From assembly GCA_037127815.1 (NCBI GenBank), contig JBAXXP010000004.1, positions 4,647 through 68,646 on the forward strand: a stretch of 64,000 nucleotides of DNA, read 5' to 3'. Each line of letters begins with the position of its first letter. Position 1 is the first letter of the stretch. The notes under the pieces are model-generated. The model saw only the letters and a program-made list of their open reading frames with translations. It did not search any database and was not told where the DNA came from. The translations under genes were made by a program, and so were the position numbers. Below, piece after piece: positions 26,759 through 36,983 of the stretch. The DNA is from a bacterium (GTDB lineage: Bacteria; Patescibacteriota; Minisyncoccia; Phycocordibacterales; CAIZLB01).

Positions 26759-26827
26759 AATGTACGATTTTTATTTAGATTAATTTTTGTTGGTATCCAA
26801 CACTTACTCAAACATTATACACTATTT

Positions 26828-27247
26828 TTATATAGTAAAAAACTTTCTAACTTTTTCTTCTTCGCTTTCCATTTTATCACCATGGTCAAAGCCTTTCAAG
26901 TGCATTAGTGAGTGTACAAATAAGAACAATAAATAGTTCTTTGGAGTTCTATCGAAGTCTTTAGATTTCTTGTTTGCAACGTCTAGATTTATGAAAACTT
27001 CACCCATTTCACTTTTTATACCCAAATCATCAAGAGGGAAGCTTAGCACGTCTGTTGTGTAGTCCTTCTCTCTGTGAGTTCTGTTTAGAGTCCTCATCCT
27101 TTCTTTTCCGATGAAGTTTAGGCTGAGTTCATAGTTTGAACCCATTACTTTGTCTTTTATTTTATCAAAAAGCACCCAATCGTTTTTGGGTGTTGTTTTG
27201 AGAGTAGAGGAGATCATGAAATTATCCTTATCAAAAAGAACTTTCAT
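26828..27247 (-). CDS. ybeY: rRNA maturation endoribonuclease YbeY
   Basis: The YbeY metal-binding motif HSLMHLKGFDHGD (HxxxHxxGxDH), with DVLSFPL upstream of it. Confidence 0.8.
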   Translation of the reverse strand: MKVLFDKDNFMISSTLKTTPKNDWVLFDKIKDKVMGSNYELSLNFIGKERMRTLNRTHREKDYTTDVLSFPLDDLGIKSEMGEVFINLDVANKKSKDFDRTPKNYLLFLFVHSLMHLKGFDHGDKMESEEEKVRKFFTI

Positions 27248-27258
27248 TGTTTTTGGAA

Positions 27259-27501
27259 TTATCGTCTCTTTTTCTTTGATTCTGGAAGCTTGCCTAGTTT
27301 TGCAAGTTTTTCCATCTCTGTGCGACGGCGAAGTCTTTCTAGAGTTGATTTCTTAACCTTGTAAGGTGAAAGAGACCTATCAGAATATCTGATTGATCTT
27401 ACTTTATTTAGGATACCAGATTCTTGAACACGCTTTGTAAAGCGTCTTAAAACTGATGATCCGCTTTCATTTGCGTGTTTGTCTACTGAAACATTTGTCA
27501 T
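27259..27501 (-). CDS. rpsU: 30S ribosomal protein S21
   Basis: LRRFTKRVQESGIL...RYSDRSLSPYKVKK...RRR matches the S21 pattern, with a basic C-terminal extension. Confidence 0.75.
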   Translation of the reverse strand: MTNVSVDKHANESGSSVLRRFTKRVQESGILNKVRSIRYSDRSLSPYKVKKSTLERLRRRTEMEKLAKLGKLPESKKKRR

Positions 27502-27655
27502 ATAGGCTATAATTTAACACATACTTTGTATCCTAGCCACTTGCTATAAATGGTCTTATGTGTCATATTAACGAAGGCCCCACAGATGGGGCTATTTTTG
27601 TCACAGAAAACGTCGATGAGGCGTCAAACCGAAACAAGCAAACAAAAAAGGAAAC

Positions 27656-28144
27656 ATGGACATGAGTACATCATTTGATAACATAACTATATCTTTTGAA
27701 GAGGATGAAACCGGTGAAATGGAAATACCAACCGGTCGGGCAAGAATGGAGGGCTGGATTCAAGGAATGATTGGGGCAAAAAAAGTCGAGATTGAGGTTG
27801 GTGTTGCCAATCGCTTCAGTGGAATTGTTGAGAATGTAAGGAAAAAAACCTTCGTCATTACCAGGCTTAAAACCTGCCGTCAGGAAAGAGAAATATTTAC
27901 CTCAGACACAGAAAGACAGCATCGGAGGATTTTGATGCTGAGTGAGGTGTTGCTGATACTGAAAAGGGCTTGGCTTTTATCAGCTCTCGGTACAATCAGG
28001 TTTTGGTGCAGGGATAAGGATGGATCTATACGTTTGATGGGTATCAGAAAGGAGTTTAATAACACGGTATTTGTTTTTGAGGAGAATCCTGGTAACAGAG
28101 ATTTTATTCCAAAGACAATCATTGTGCGTTTTGAAAAGAAGTAG
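27656..28144 (+). CDS. Hypothetical protein (162 aa), GC-elevated
   Basis: ORF only. Confidence 0.35.
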   Translation: MDMSTSFDNITISFEEDETGEMEIPTGRARMEGWIQGMIGAKKVEIEVGVANRFSGIVENVRKKTFVITRLKTCRQEREIFTSDTERQHRRILMLSEVLLILKRAWLLSALGTIRFWCRDKDGSIRLMGIRKEFNNTVFVFEENPGNRDFIPKTIIVRFEKK

Positions 28145-28218
28145 ATTCCAAAACTTCATAGACTCACAGCCTCGTTTATAGTACGTTCAAATCGTGCATG
28201 AGCGGGGTCTTTTTTTGT

Positions 28219-29589
28219 CTAACTATCTAGTAGATTTTGCAAGTGATCAATAAGATCCTTAATCATCACAGTCTCTTGAACTCTAGAATTCATATGTCTA
28301 ATTGTAACAGAGTTCTCAATTGCTTCCTTTTGTCCAAGAATTAATATATAAGGAACAGCTAATTTTTCTGCAGCTGCAATTTGACTAGTAATCTTATCTC
28401 TTGAAAGTGCTTGGTGAACTGGTATCTTTGCAACTCTAAGCATTTCCAAAATAGAAAGTGATTTTAATTTAGCGTCATACCCAAGGTGTATAAAGTAAAA
28501 TTTAATATCTTCAACCGCTACAATTTTTGGAACCTTTCTTGATGGATCAGCCTCAACTAGTATATGTGCTCCAATTGCTGGAACATCTTTCTTTCCCCAG
28601 GCTTTTTTTGAAACTGAGTTGTATCTTTCTCCAATAGCTAGTACTTCTTTTTTATCTTGTTTTCCTTTTACTGTAAGGGCAGTGATCTGAAAGACGGTCC
28701 CTCCAGCATAAAGTCCGCTACCAATTAAATTATGGTCTATTATGTAAGGAAGATTTAATGATTCAATGTATTCAAGAACCTCTCTAAAATGGTCTCTTGA
28801 TGCCTCTGTTAAATAACTGATTGGCTTTGGAGCAGCATCTTGAATTGCTATACACTTTTCATGATCGCAAGATACAGCACTCATTGGGTCCTTTTTGAAA
28901 GCATTTCTACATGTTGCAGATAGCTCACCAATGTTCTTTTTAAAATAAGTTACATATTCCTTGCTGAATTTTGTAAAACAATCCTTGTCCCCAAGAGAGT
29001 TTATTTCAATTAAAAGCTCTCCTTTATCAACGTGATCTTTTAAAATAACATAAGCAGTTTCAATGATCATCGCATCAGCAATACTTCTTGAGTTACCAAG
29101 AACATGTAGTGAAAATATGTGATCTTTATGTTTATCAAAATGATGATTTCCGTGTAGTGGTCCACTGTAACAAATCATTGGGGGTTGAACTAAATCAGAC
29201 ATTCCTTTGTTTATGTAAGTTCTTGTGATAGCAATATGCTCTTCAAGAAAATTCTCAAAATTTAGTGATGTTGCCACCTCGTCCTTGTTAGCTCTCTTTG
29301 TTCCCATTTTGAAGCCTTTGGCTCTAACGATATCCTCTTTTTGAACTTCAAGTCCAGCAAAAGGAACAAAGCCATAGTGACGGGCTGAGAACTCTGCTAT
29401 TTTATGAACCTTGTCTATTGGGTCCGGTTTCTCTATTTCTGGAATCTTACTTTTTTTGCCTTTAGCTACTTTTGTCATTGGTTTATTAGAGATTTTAGTT
29501 ATATTTGTAGCCTTCTCATGTATTTTTTTAGGTGAATGACTGTTACCACTACTTTTTGACACATTTTTACTATTGTTGTTATTAGGCAT
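28219..29589 (-). CDS. hisS: Histidyl-tRNA synthetase-like class II aaRS with Lys-rich N-terminal extension and degenerate motif 2
   Basis: IEINSLGDKDCFTKFSKEYVTYF matches the HisRS LNSLG...Y...L...YL block. LGQKEAIENSVTIRHM lies in a C-terminal HGPT-type anticodon-binding domain. The motif-2 region (LHGNHHFDKHKDHIFSLHVLG) lacks the canonical RxERPQxGRxREF. Confidence 0.55.
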   Translation of the reverse strand: MPNNNNSKNVSKSSGNSHSPKKIHEKATNITKISNKPMTKVAKGKKSKIPEIEKPDPIDKVHKIAEFSARHYGFVPFAGLEVQKEDIVRAKGFKMGTKRANKDEVATSLNFENFLEEHIAITRTYINKGMSDLVQPPMICYSGPLHGNHHFDKHKDHIFSLHVLGNSRSIADAMIIETAYVILKDHVDKGELLIEINSLGDKDCFTKFSKEYVTYFKKNIGELSATCRNAFKKDPMSAVSCDHEKCIAIQDAAPKPISYLTEASRDHFREVLEYIESLNLPYIIDHNLIGSGLYAGGTVFQITALTVKGKQDKKEVLAIGERYNSVSKKAWGKKDVPAIGAHILVEADPSRKVPKIVAVEDIKFYFIHLGYDAKLKSLSILEMLRVAKIPVHQALSRDKITSQIAAAEKLAVPYILILGQKEAIENSVTIRHMNSRVQETVMIKDLIDHLQNLLDS

Positions 29590-29602
29590 ATTTTCTTATA
29601 CC

Positions 29603-30334
29603 TTACTGTTTTTTATCGAAGACATCAAGCCCTCCAGGGAAAAGACCGATTTTAGCGAATGGATAGAGTCGTAAAAAGGCTCTTCCTGTGATCTCTTTTC
29701 TTGGAAGAGCACCCCAACTTCTTGAGTCAAAACTCACGGACCTATTGTCTCCCATAACAAAATACTCTGTATCGCTAAGAGTTTCGTCTTTTGTCTTATC
29801 GCTATTGAATTTTACGTAGGGCTCATCAAGCACAAAACCTTCAGGGTGTTCTTTGTTGTACACGTGCGTCTGACCTTTTTCAATTACAATTCTTTCGCCA
29901 GGTAAACCGACAATTCTTTTTATAAAATATTTACTTGCATCAATTGGAGGTACTAATACGACAACATCACCTCTTTGGGGTTCTTGGAATTTGTAGGTTA
30001 GTTCGTCAACAATTAAATAATCATTAGTTGCAAAATTTGGATCCATTGATGCACCATCGACAAGAAATGGTTCAGCGACATAAAATCTAATACCAAGAAA
30101 AATTAAAAGCATTACAATAGTAAACTTCCAAAAACCCTCGTCTTTCTTTGGCTTATCTTTTTTAATTTCCTCCACAACTAAGTTTTTTGCTTTTTCCCTT
30201 ACTTGCTCATCAGTCTCTATAATGTCTTTTTCATGTGTATGCATAATATGGGTAAAATTATAGCATATGTTATAGTATATGCATGTATATAATTGTAGGA
30301 TTAGGAAACCCAGGCGAAGAGTATGAATCAACAA
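29603..30334 (-). CDS. lepB: Signal peptidase I
   Basis: GASMDPNF (catalytic Ser region), KRIVGLPGE, and GDNRSVSFDSRSWG. The true start is probably the internal Met near 30244, because the ORF 5' end overlaps pth on the other strand. Confidence 0.85.
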   Translation of the reverse strand: MLIHTLRLGFLILQLYTCIYYNICYNFTHIMHTHEKDIIETDEQVREKAKNLVVEEIKKDKPKKDEGFWKFTIVMLLIFLGIRFYVAEPFLVDGASMDPNFATNDYLIVDELTYKFQEPQRGDVVVLVPPIDASKYFIKRIVGLPGERIVIEKGQTHVYNKEHPEGFVLDEPYVKFNSDKTKDETLSDTEYFVMGDNRSVSFDSRSWGALPRKEITGRAFLRLYPFAKIGLFPGGLDVFDKKQ

Positions 30335-30903
30335 GACATAACGTTGGAAGATTCATTGCTACATCATTTGCAAAACAATATGAATTACCAGATTTTTCTT
30401 ATGATAAGAAGTTTTTAGGACTAGTTTCAAAAGGAGAAATTGAGGCTGGAAAAGGGAAGTCAAAGATTGTTGAAAAAGTTACCGTGATATTACCTGAAAC
30501 TTTTATGAATAAAAGTGGCAAGTCACTTGCAGATCTGATAACAAGTGAAAAGAAGGCTGAGAAGTTAATCGTAATTCAAGATGATTTAGATTTGCCATTT
30601 GGTGCAATTAAAATGGTTTTCAATAGAGGAATGGGCGGACATAGAGGTCTGGAATCCATAAGAAAGGCAATTAAGACTGACGCTTTTATAAGAGTAAAAA
30701 TCGGTGTATCTCCAACAACTCCGACAGGTAAAATTAAGAAACCAAAGGGGGAAGAGAAGGTTGTTAAATTTATTCTAGGAAAGTTTAAGGATGATGAAAT
30801 GAATGAATTAAAAAAGATTGCAAAAAGAGTTTCAGAAGGGTTGTATGTGACGGTTACAGAAGATAGATTTAAGGCGATGAATAGTCTTAATACAGCAAAC
30901 TAA
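30283..30903 (+). CDS. pth: Peptidyl-tRNA hydrolase
   Basis: MYIIVGLGNPGEEYESTRHNVGR N-terminus with the conserved His of Pth. Confidence 0.9.
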   Translation: MYIIVGLGNPGEEYESTRHNVGRFIATSFAKQYELPDFSYDKKFLGLVSKGEIEAGKGKSKIVEKVTVILPETFMNKSGKSLADLITSEKKAEKLIVIQDDLDLPFGAIKMVFNRGMGGHRGLESIRKAIKTDAFIRVKIGVSPTTPTGKIKKPKGEEKVVKFILGKFKDDEMNELKKIAKRVSEGLYVTVTEDRFKAMNSLNTAN

Positions 30904-30917
30904 GTAGACCTCTATAA

Positions 30918-30959
30918 ACAACAACAAAACCCGCATTTTCATGCGGGTTTTGTTGTTGT
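30918..30959. terminator. 19-bp-arm perfect palindrome ACAACAACAAAACCCGCAT-TTTC-ATGCGGGTTTTGTTGTTGT; bidirectional terminator between pth and rpsA
   Basis: Read from the sequence. It lies between the convergent pth (+) and rpsA (-) genes. Confidence 0.75.
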
Positions 30960-31075
30960 GCATCGTCGGCGCGCTTCACATCGTTATATGGCTAGTGCTG
31001 GAATCAAACAGCAGTTTGACTCCAACACTAGCCATACAACAAGGGAAATATGCCCTGCACCTCCTATTTTTAATC

Positions 31076-32308
31076 CTATTTCTTGTTTTTGTCAACAAAA
31101 GAAAGTGCCATCTTTTGATCCTTTGAATCAAATAGATTTATCTTGAATGTGTAACTTTTACCAAGCTCAAGTGCTTCCTTTAGCTTTGCTTCACTTCCAA
31201 ATTCAGAAACGTGTACAAGTCCAGCAATTCCTTCTTCTATACTTGCAAGAGCTCCATGCTTATTGTACTTGATTACAACTCCAGTAACGATATCGTCTCT
31301 CTTGTACTTCTTCTCTGCATCTTTCCATGGATTTGGCTTAAGAGCTTTGATAGATAGAGAAACTTTACCATCCTTGATTTCAATAACTTTAACTTTTATC
31401 TTCTCTCCAACCTTGAACATTGTTCTTGGATCTTCAACAAGAGCCCAGTCAATTTCAGAAATATGGACAAGACCTTCTAGGTTTTCTTCAAGTTTAACGA
31501 AGACTCCAAAGTCAACTGCGCCTGTTACAACGCCCTCAACTTCATCGCCAACTACATACTTGCTTGCTACCTTTTCTTTCTCACCACCATCTCCTAGATT
31601 CTTTTCTGAGAAAATTAGTTTACCTTCCTTTGGAGAAGCTGCAATAATTGTTACAGAAAGTTTTTGACCAACAAGTTTCTTAAGTTCTTCAAGGATTCTG
31701 TCCTTATTTCCTTCTTCTACTCTTGGATAGTTCTCTGCCTTCAATTGAGAAGCAGGAAGAAATCCTTGAATACCTTGCCATGACATAAGTAGACCTCCTT
31801 TGTTTGCCTCAAGAACAGGAACATCGTAAACAGTATTGTTTTTGATAGCACTTTCTGCTTCACTCCAAATAAGAGCTTGTTTAGCCTCCTTTAGAGAAAG
31901 TTCTATGTAACCATCTGCATTGTTAACTTCTACAACCTTTGCAGCAATACTGTCTCCAATATTAACCTTTCTTAGTATGTCTCTAGCACTTATGTACTCT
32001 CTACCATAGATGATTCCAGTTCCGTATGGTCTAAGATCGATGAAAACACCTTTCTTATCTATAGCGATAACCTTACCTTCTACAATATCTGTAACACTTG
32101 GTGGGGTATGAGAATCTGCAATAATTCTTCCCATCACACTTGCGTTCATTTGTGCGATTTTTGCAGCCATCTCTGCCTCAACTTCCGCTGAAATAGCTTT
32201 TTTAGGAGCCTTTGTTTTTACCTCAGAATCAGTTTTTACAACCTCTTCATTGCTAATTATATCTTTTGCCGTATCGTTTATATCTGTTGTCATGAAATAA
32301 AAAATCAA
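31076..32308 (-). CDS. rpsA: 30S ribosomal protein S1 (four S1 domains)
   Basis: Repeated S1/OB motifs: GKVIAIDKKGVFIDL, GDSIAAKVVEV, GQKLSVTIIAASPKEGKLIFS, VEGVVTGAVDFGVFVKL. Confidence 0.85.
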   Translation of the reverse strand: MIFYFMTTDINDTAKDIISNEEVVKTDSEVKTKAPKKAISAEVEAEMAAKIAQMNASVMGRIIADSHTPPSVTDIVEGKVIAIDKKGVFIDLRPYGTGIIYGREYISARDILRKVNIGDSIAAKVVEVNNADGYIELSLKEAKQALIWSEAESAIKNNTVYDVPVLEANKGGLLMSWQGIQGFLPASQLKAENYPRVEEGNKDRILEELKKLVGQKLSVTIIAASPKEGKLIFSEKNLGDGGEKEKVASKYVVGDEVEGVVTGAVDFGVFVKLEENLEGLVHISEIDWALVEDPRTMFKVGEKIKVKVIEIKDGKVSLSIKALKPNPWKDAEKKYKRDDIVTGVVIKYNKHGALASIEEGIAGLVHVSEFGSEAKLKEALELGKSYTFKINLFDSKDQKMALSFVDKNKK

Positions 32309-32417
32309 GTACTGCTCCCGCTTGAGTTTCTGAATGGCACGGCGGGGGTTACAGTCCTTGTGATTGCTAATAATCTGACTGGTATATTATGCATATTTTG
32401 GCGGAAAATACAACACC

Positions 32418-32537
32418 CCAGCCCCAAATTATCATCCTTGAGAACACGCCAGTTTTCTGCTGAAACCCTTAATTTCCTTCGCAATCACCTGCTCACTGCC
32501 ACTCGCAAGTTTCTCAAGGATGATAATTTGGGGCTGG
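32418..32537. repeat. 27-bp perfect inverted repeat (CCAGCCCCAAATTATCATCCTTGAGAA / TTCTCAAGGATGATAATTTGGGGCTGG) flanking a 66-bp loop, 110-230 bp upstream of rpsA start
   Basis: The arms are at 32418-32444 and 32511-32537, read directly. GC is elevated. The spurious ORF 32360..32548 spans this element. Confidence 0.8.
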
Positions 32538-32655
32538 AGGGCGAATAAGTCTCTCAAAATAAGCCTAATTATTGCATATGTAATTTTGATTTAAGTGGAT
32601 AAGTCTTTGAAAACTTTGGTTTTTCTTTATATTTGAGTAATAAAATCTTATTCAT

Positions 32656-33048
32656 ATGATAAAAGATTTTGATAAATGGAACAGAAGAAAAAAGGCGATT
32701 GAGGATTCTGATTGCGAGGTATTATTTAGAACAAAGGAAATTTGGTGGTGTTATGTTGGCTTGAACATTAAAATTGAGTCGTGTGGAAAGGGTGATGATT
32801 ATAAACGCCCTGTACTTGTGTTGAGAAAATTATCTGCAAAAGGTTTCATTGGGATACCTCTTTCAACGCAAGCTAAGAAGGGCTCATGGTTCGTAGATTT
32901 AGAAGTGAATGGTAAAAAAGGATGTGCCCTTATTTATCAAATTAAAATGTTTAGCTCCAGTCGTATGTATTGGAGAATCTCAGTTCTTGATGATTCAAGT
33001 TTTGAAAGTGTAAAAGAAAAGCTCAGGTTGTTACTTGAGCTTTTCTAA
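32656..33048 (+). CDS. MazF/PemK-family toxin-like protein (divergent)
   Basis: EIWWCYVG...DYKRPVLVL...IGIPLSTQAK...ALIYQIKMFSSSR aligns with the MazF DIVWVDFD...HRPAVVL...CVPCTTQSK...ALADQVKSIAWRAR blocks. Confidence 0.5.
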   Translation: MIKDFDKWNRRKKAIEDSDCEVLFRTKEIWWCYVGLNIKIESCGKGDDYKRPVLVLRKLSAKGFIGIPLSTQAKKGSWFVDLEVNGKKGCALIYQIKMFSSSRMYWRISVLDDSSFESVKEKLRLLLELF

Positions 33049-33221
33049 TTGTCACCAGAACTATTGCTCTGGATCAGTGGGTTACCCCAGAAAGATACTT
33101 GTTATTATATAAAATGATAGAAATAAGTCAATCAAAATTTGCTGCTTTACACCATATCTATTTTATGGCAAAACGGAAGGGGAGACTAAACAAGAATTGA
33201 ATAATAGGGTATAATGCCGAC

Positions 33222-33863
33222 ATGATTATTACATACCTTGGACGTGAAGCCGTGAAGATTCAATATGGTGATTTGGTTATTGCTTTTAATCCACCAGCGA
33301 AGACTTCATCCTACAAAATTAATAAATTTGGTGCAGATATTGCACTTGAAACTCTACCTCATGAGGATATGTGTGGTGGCGCTGAATTAACATATGGGGA
33401 CAAAAAGCCCTTTGTTGTGTCAGGTCCTGGGGAATATGAAGTTAATAGTATATTTATTAAAGGCTTAGCTGGTGAGTCCTCATACGATATAGATAAGGAT
33501 GATAAGAAGCTTATTAATACAATTTATGCATTAACAGTTGAGGGAATCAAGATGTTGTTTCTTGGTGCACAGGACGGTCCACTTCCAAAAGATGCTGCTG
33601 ATGCAATTGACTCTGTAGATGTGTTGTTTTTGCCAATTGGAGGAAATGGTGTGCTTGATGCAAAGTCTGCATATAAAATGGCGTTAAATCTTGAGCCTAA
33701 AATTATTATTCCAATTCATTTTGATAGTAAGAAAGACGAAGCATTGATTGCCTTTCTAAAGGAAGCCGGAGATCACAGTGAGCCTGTTGATAAATTAACA
33801 ATTAAGAAAAAAGACCTAGAAGGTAAAAATGGTGATATAATAGTGTTGTCGCCACAGCAATAA
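33222..33863 (+). CDS. Metallo-beta-lactamase-fold metal-dependent hydrolase (UPF0173/Lactamase_B_3-like)
   Basis: MIITYLGREAVKIQYGDLVIAFNP ... VLFLPIGGN ... IIIPIHFD are characteristic of this family. Confidence 0.65.
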   Translation: MIITYLGREAVKIQYGDLVIAFNPPAKTSSYKINKFGADIALETLPHEDMCGGAELTYGDKKPFVVSGPGEYEVNSIFIKGLAGESSYDIDKDDKKLINTIYALTVEGIKMLFLGAQDGPLPKDAADAIDSVDVLFLPIGGNGVLDAKSAYKMALNLEPKIIIPIHFDSKKDEALIAFLKEAGDHSEPVDKLTIKKKDLEGKNGDIIVLSPQQ

Positions 33864-33940
33864 GGGTTTTTAAAGCGCAAAAATAGCATCAGAATCAGTG
33901 GTTTCTGACGAGGATACATAAAAAATAAAAACAAAACATC

Positions 33941-34453
33941 ATGTTATCAAAACATATTGAAAACGTAAAACAAAAATCAGAAAACTATAGAACAGTTTAT
34001 GCCTTTACGGCATCGGTTCTATTCACTGGAGTAGTTGCAAGTTTTTGGGTTTTTTCATTCTTTATTCCAAACATGGGAGGTGTTGCAAACAGTGCTTCTG
34101 TGTCAGGTGCCATTGATGGATCAAAAGAAATTAGTCCAACTGGTATTGTGAAGCAAGAGATTGGCGGTATTTTTGATAGTATTAAAAATCTAACTACTGA
34201 TAATTTTCTAGGTGGAAGATATAAGGTGCAATTTGATAATGGAACACTTGGTATGTCGCAGAATTCTACTATAGAAAGTTCGTCTACGGATGCTTCATTA
34301 GAGTCTCCTATAATCACTCCACCAAGTACAATAATTTCCACGACAACAGAAAGCGGATTTACTGTAGAAGTAGATGGTGTAAGTAATGGTAATGATGTTA
34401 ACGCTAATATTGACAGTAGTAATGTTGAGAATAGTGCATTATTGGGGAATTAA
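33941..34453 (+). CDS. Hypothetical membrane-anchored Ser/Thr-rich protein
   Basis: One TM helix, then a Ser/Thr/Asn-rich low-complexity region. Confidence 0.4.
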   Translation: MLSKHIENVKQKSENYRTVYAFTASVLFTGVVASFWVFSFFIPNMGGVANSASVSGAIDGSKEISPTGIVKQEIGGIFDSIKNLTTDNFLGGRYKVQFDNGTLGMSQNSTIESSSTDASLESPIITPPSTIISTTTESGFTVEVDGVSNGNDVNANIDSSNVENSALLGN

Positions 34454-34485
34454 TTATAATATTTAAGTACAGATAAAATAAAACA

Positions 34486-36954
34486 ATGGCAAAAAAGATA
34501 GAAACAACAGTTGAAGTAGTTCCAGTAAACTCAGACAAAATTCAAGACAGAAATCTAACTGTGGAAATGAAGAAGTCATATATTGACTATGCCATGTCTG
34601 TTATTACAGACCGTGCACTTCCTGATATTAGAGATGGACTTAAGCCAGTTCACCGTCGTATTCTTTATGCTATGAGTGGTATGCGTCTTACTGCATCTGC
34701 AAAAACTGTAAAGTCAGCAAAGGTGGTTGGAGACGTTATGGGTAATTATCACCCTCATGGAGACGTTGCTATCTATATGTCTATGGTTAACATGGCTCAA
34801 ACTTTTTCAATGCGTTACCCATTGATAATTGGTCAAGGTAACTTTGGAACAGTTGATGGTGATCCACCTGCTGCTATGCGTTATACCGAGGCTAAAATGT
34901 CACGTCTTTCATCTGAGCTGTTGAGAGATATAAATAAGCAAACAGTTAACTTCGTTCCTAATTACGATGGTTCGGCAAAAGAACCTACTGTTTTACCTAC
35001 TGTTGTTCCAAACCTTTTGTTAAATGGAGTTTTGGGTATTGCTGTTGGAATGGCAACAAACTTTCCACCCCATAACTTAAGAGAGGTTGTTGATGCCACA
35101 ACTCATTTAGTTGATAATCCAGATTCCTCATCTGAAGATTTGTTAGAATTTGTGAAAGGACCAGATTTTCCGCTAGGAGGTGTTGCTTATAATGAAAAGG
35201 ATATTGCCGCAGCACTCATTCACGGAAGAGGAGGAGTTGTTGTTCGTGGTGAGGCTGAAATTGTTGAAGAGAAAGCTGGTCAATCTAAAATTATAATTAC
35301 GTCAATTCCTTATAGAGTAAATAAGTCTACTCTTATTGAAGCTATTGCTGACTTGGTTCGTGAAAAGAAACTTGAAGGTATTAAAGATCTACGCGATGAA
35401 TCAACAAAAGATATTAGAGTTGTTATTGAATTGAAGAGTGGAAGTTATCCTCAAAACATTCTTAACTTTTTGTATAAGCATACTCAACTTGAATCAACAT
35501 TTCACTACAACATGGTTGCACTTGTTGAGGGTGTTCCACAAACTCTTTCACTTAAGACTTGTCTTGAAGAGTTTATTAAACATAGAAAGGAGGTTGTAAG
35601 AAGAAGAACAGAATTTGATCTAAAAGAAGCACAAGATAGAGAGCATATATTACTTGGTCTTAAGAAAGCATTGGATCATATCGATGCAATTATTAAAACT
35701 ATTAAAGCATCAAAAGATACTCCTACAGCTCACGTTAACTTGATGAAGGAATTTAAATTCTCAGATAGACAAGCAACCGCCATCTTGGAAATGAAGCTTC
35801 AAAGACTTGCTGGTTTGGAGAGAAAGAAAATTGAGGATGAATTAAAGGCCGTTCAAGCATTTATTAAAGAGTGTGAAGATATTCTAAAAAATCCAAAAAG
35901 AGTTCTAAAAATAATCAAGGACGAGCTTGCAGATATTAGAGAAAGATTTGGTGATAATAGAAGGACAAAAATCATTAAGCATGCTGCAAAAAACTTCTGT
36001 ATTGAGGATGTTATTCCTGATGAAGAAAGTGTTCTTGTATTAACTAGTGGAGGGTATATCAAGAGAACTGATCCTGATGAATACAAGAAGCAAAGAAGAG
36101 GTGGTGTTGGTGTTGTTGACCTTGATACAAAGGAAGAAGATTTTATAACTCATCTTATAACAACCACAACTCATAGTGATTTATTATTCTTTACAGATAA
36201 GGGTAAGGCGTATCAAATTAAAATGTACGATATTCCTGAGGGAAAGCGTGCTACTCGTGGAAAATCAATAATGAACTTCTTGTCACTTTCTGATAATGAG
36301 AAAGTAACTTCAGTTCTTCCGATGCCAAAGCAAATTAAAAAAGGCGGAGGACTAAGTCTATTTTTGATTACAAAACAAGGAACTGGAAAGAAGGTTTCTA
36401 TTGAAAGTTTCCTTGATGTTAGAAGAAGTGGAATTATTGCAATTAGACTTGATCCTAATGATGAATTAGTCTCTGCATCATTTGTTGAAAAGAAGGATTC
36501 GGTAATGGTTGTTGCATCAGATGGTCAATCTATTAGATTTGATGAGGGCGATGTTAGAGAGATGGGACGCTCTGCTGGTGGGGTACGTGTTATGAAATTG
36601 GATAAGGATGTAAGCGTTGTTGGGGCTGACACAATTGCAAAAGATGTAACTGATGCATATGTAATGGTTATGTCTTCAAATGGATATGGAAAGAAAACTC
36701 CAATTAAAGAATATAAGATTCAAGGAAGAGGAGGTTCTGGAATTAAAACTGTAAAGGTTACCCCAAAGACTGGAGATTTGATTTCTGCAAGAATCCTGAC
36801 AGCAGAACTTGAAGAACTTGTTGCAATTTCAAAGAAAAGCCAGGTTATTAGATGTGATCTAAAGGAGGTACCAGCACTTGGGCGTGATACACAAGGAGTG
36901 AGAATTATGAAGTTAAGAGAAGGTGATAGTTTGGCTTCATTGATCTGTCTATAA
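34486..36954 (+). CDS. gyrA: DNA gyrase subunit A
   Basis: [24 protein letters not shown] (active-site Tyr region), and a GyrA-box-like QRRGGVG in the C-terminal beta-pinwheel. Confidence 0.88.
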   Translation: MAKKIETTVEVVPVNSDKIQDRNLTVEMKKSYIDYAMSVITDRALPDIRDGLKPVHRRILYAMSGMRLTASAKTVKSAKVVGDVMGNYHPHGDVAIYMSMVNMAQTFSMRYPLIIGQGNFGTVDGDPPAAMRYTEAKMSRLSSELLRDINKQTVNFVPNYDGSAKEPTVLPTVVPNLLLNGVLGIAVGMATNFPPHNLREVVDATTHLVDNPDSSSEDLLEFVKGPDFPLGGVAYNEKDIAAALIHGRGGVVVRGEAEIVEEKAGQSKIIITSIPYRVNKSTLIEAIADLVREKKLEGIKDLRDESTKDIRVVIELKSGSYPQNILNFLYKHTQLESTFHYNMVALVEGVPQTLSLKTCLEEFIKHRKEVVRRRTEFDLKEAQDREHILLGLKKALDHIDAIIKTIKASKDTPTAHVNLMKEFKFSDRQATAILEMKLQRLAGLERKKIEDELKAVQAFIKECEDILKNPKRVLKIIKDELADIRERFGDNRRTKIIKHAAKNFCIEDVIPDEESVLVLTSGGYIKRTDPDEYKKQRRGGVGVVDLDTKEEDFITHLITTTTHSDLLFFTDKGKAYQIKMYDIPEGKRATRGKSIMNFLSLSDNEKVTSVLPMPKQIKKGGGLSLFLITKQGTGKKVSIESFLDVRRSGIIAIRLDPNDELVSASFVEKKDSVMVVASDGQSIRFDEGDVREMGRSAGGVRVMKLDKDVSVVGADTIAKDVTDAYVMVMSSNGYGKKTPIKEYKIQGRGGSGIKTVKVTPKTGDLISARILTAELEELVAISKKSQVIRCDLKEVPALGRDTQGVRIMKLREGDSLASLICL

Positions 36955-36983
36955 AAAATTTGCTTCAAAATTAGGAAATCCCA

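Noticed and set aside
27575-27598. Hairpin GGCCCCA-CAGA-TGGGGCT followed by ATTTTTGT in the divergent rpsU / 27656 intergenic region
   Set aside because: It looks like a plus-strand terminator, but its orientation and position between two divergent promoters fit neither flanking gene. It is left unassigned; it may be an attenuator or chance.
32360-32548. ORF 32360..32548(+)
   Set aside because: It spans both arms of the 27-bp perfect inverted repeat upstream of rpsA. The reading frame is a by-product of the palindrome.
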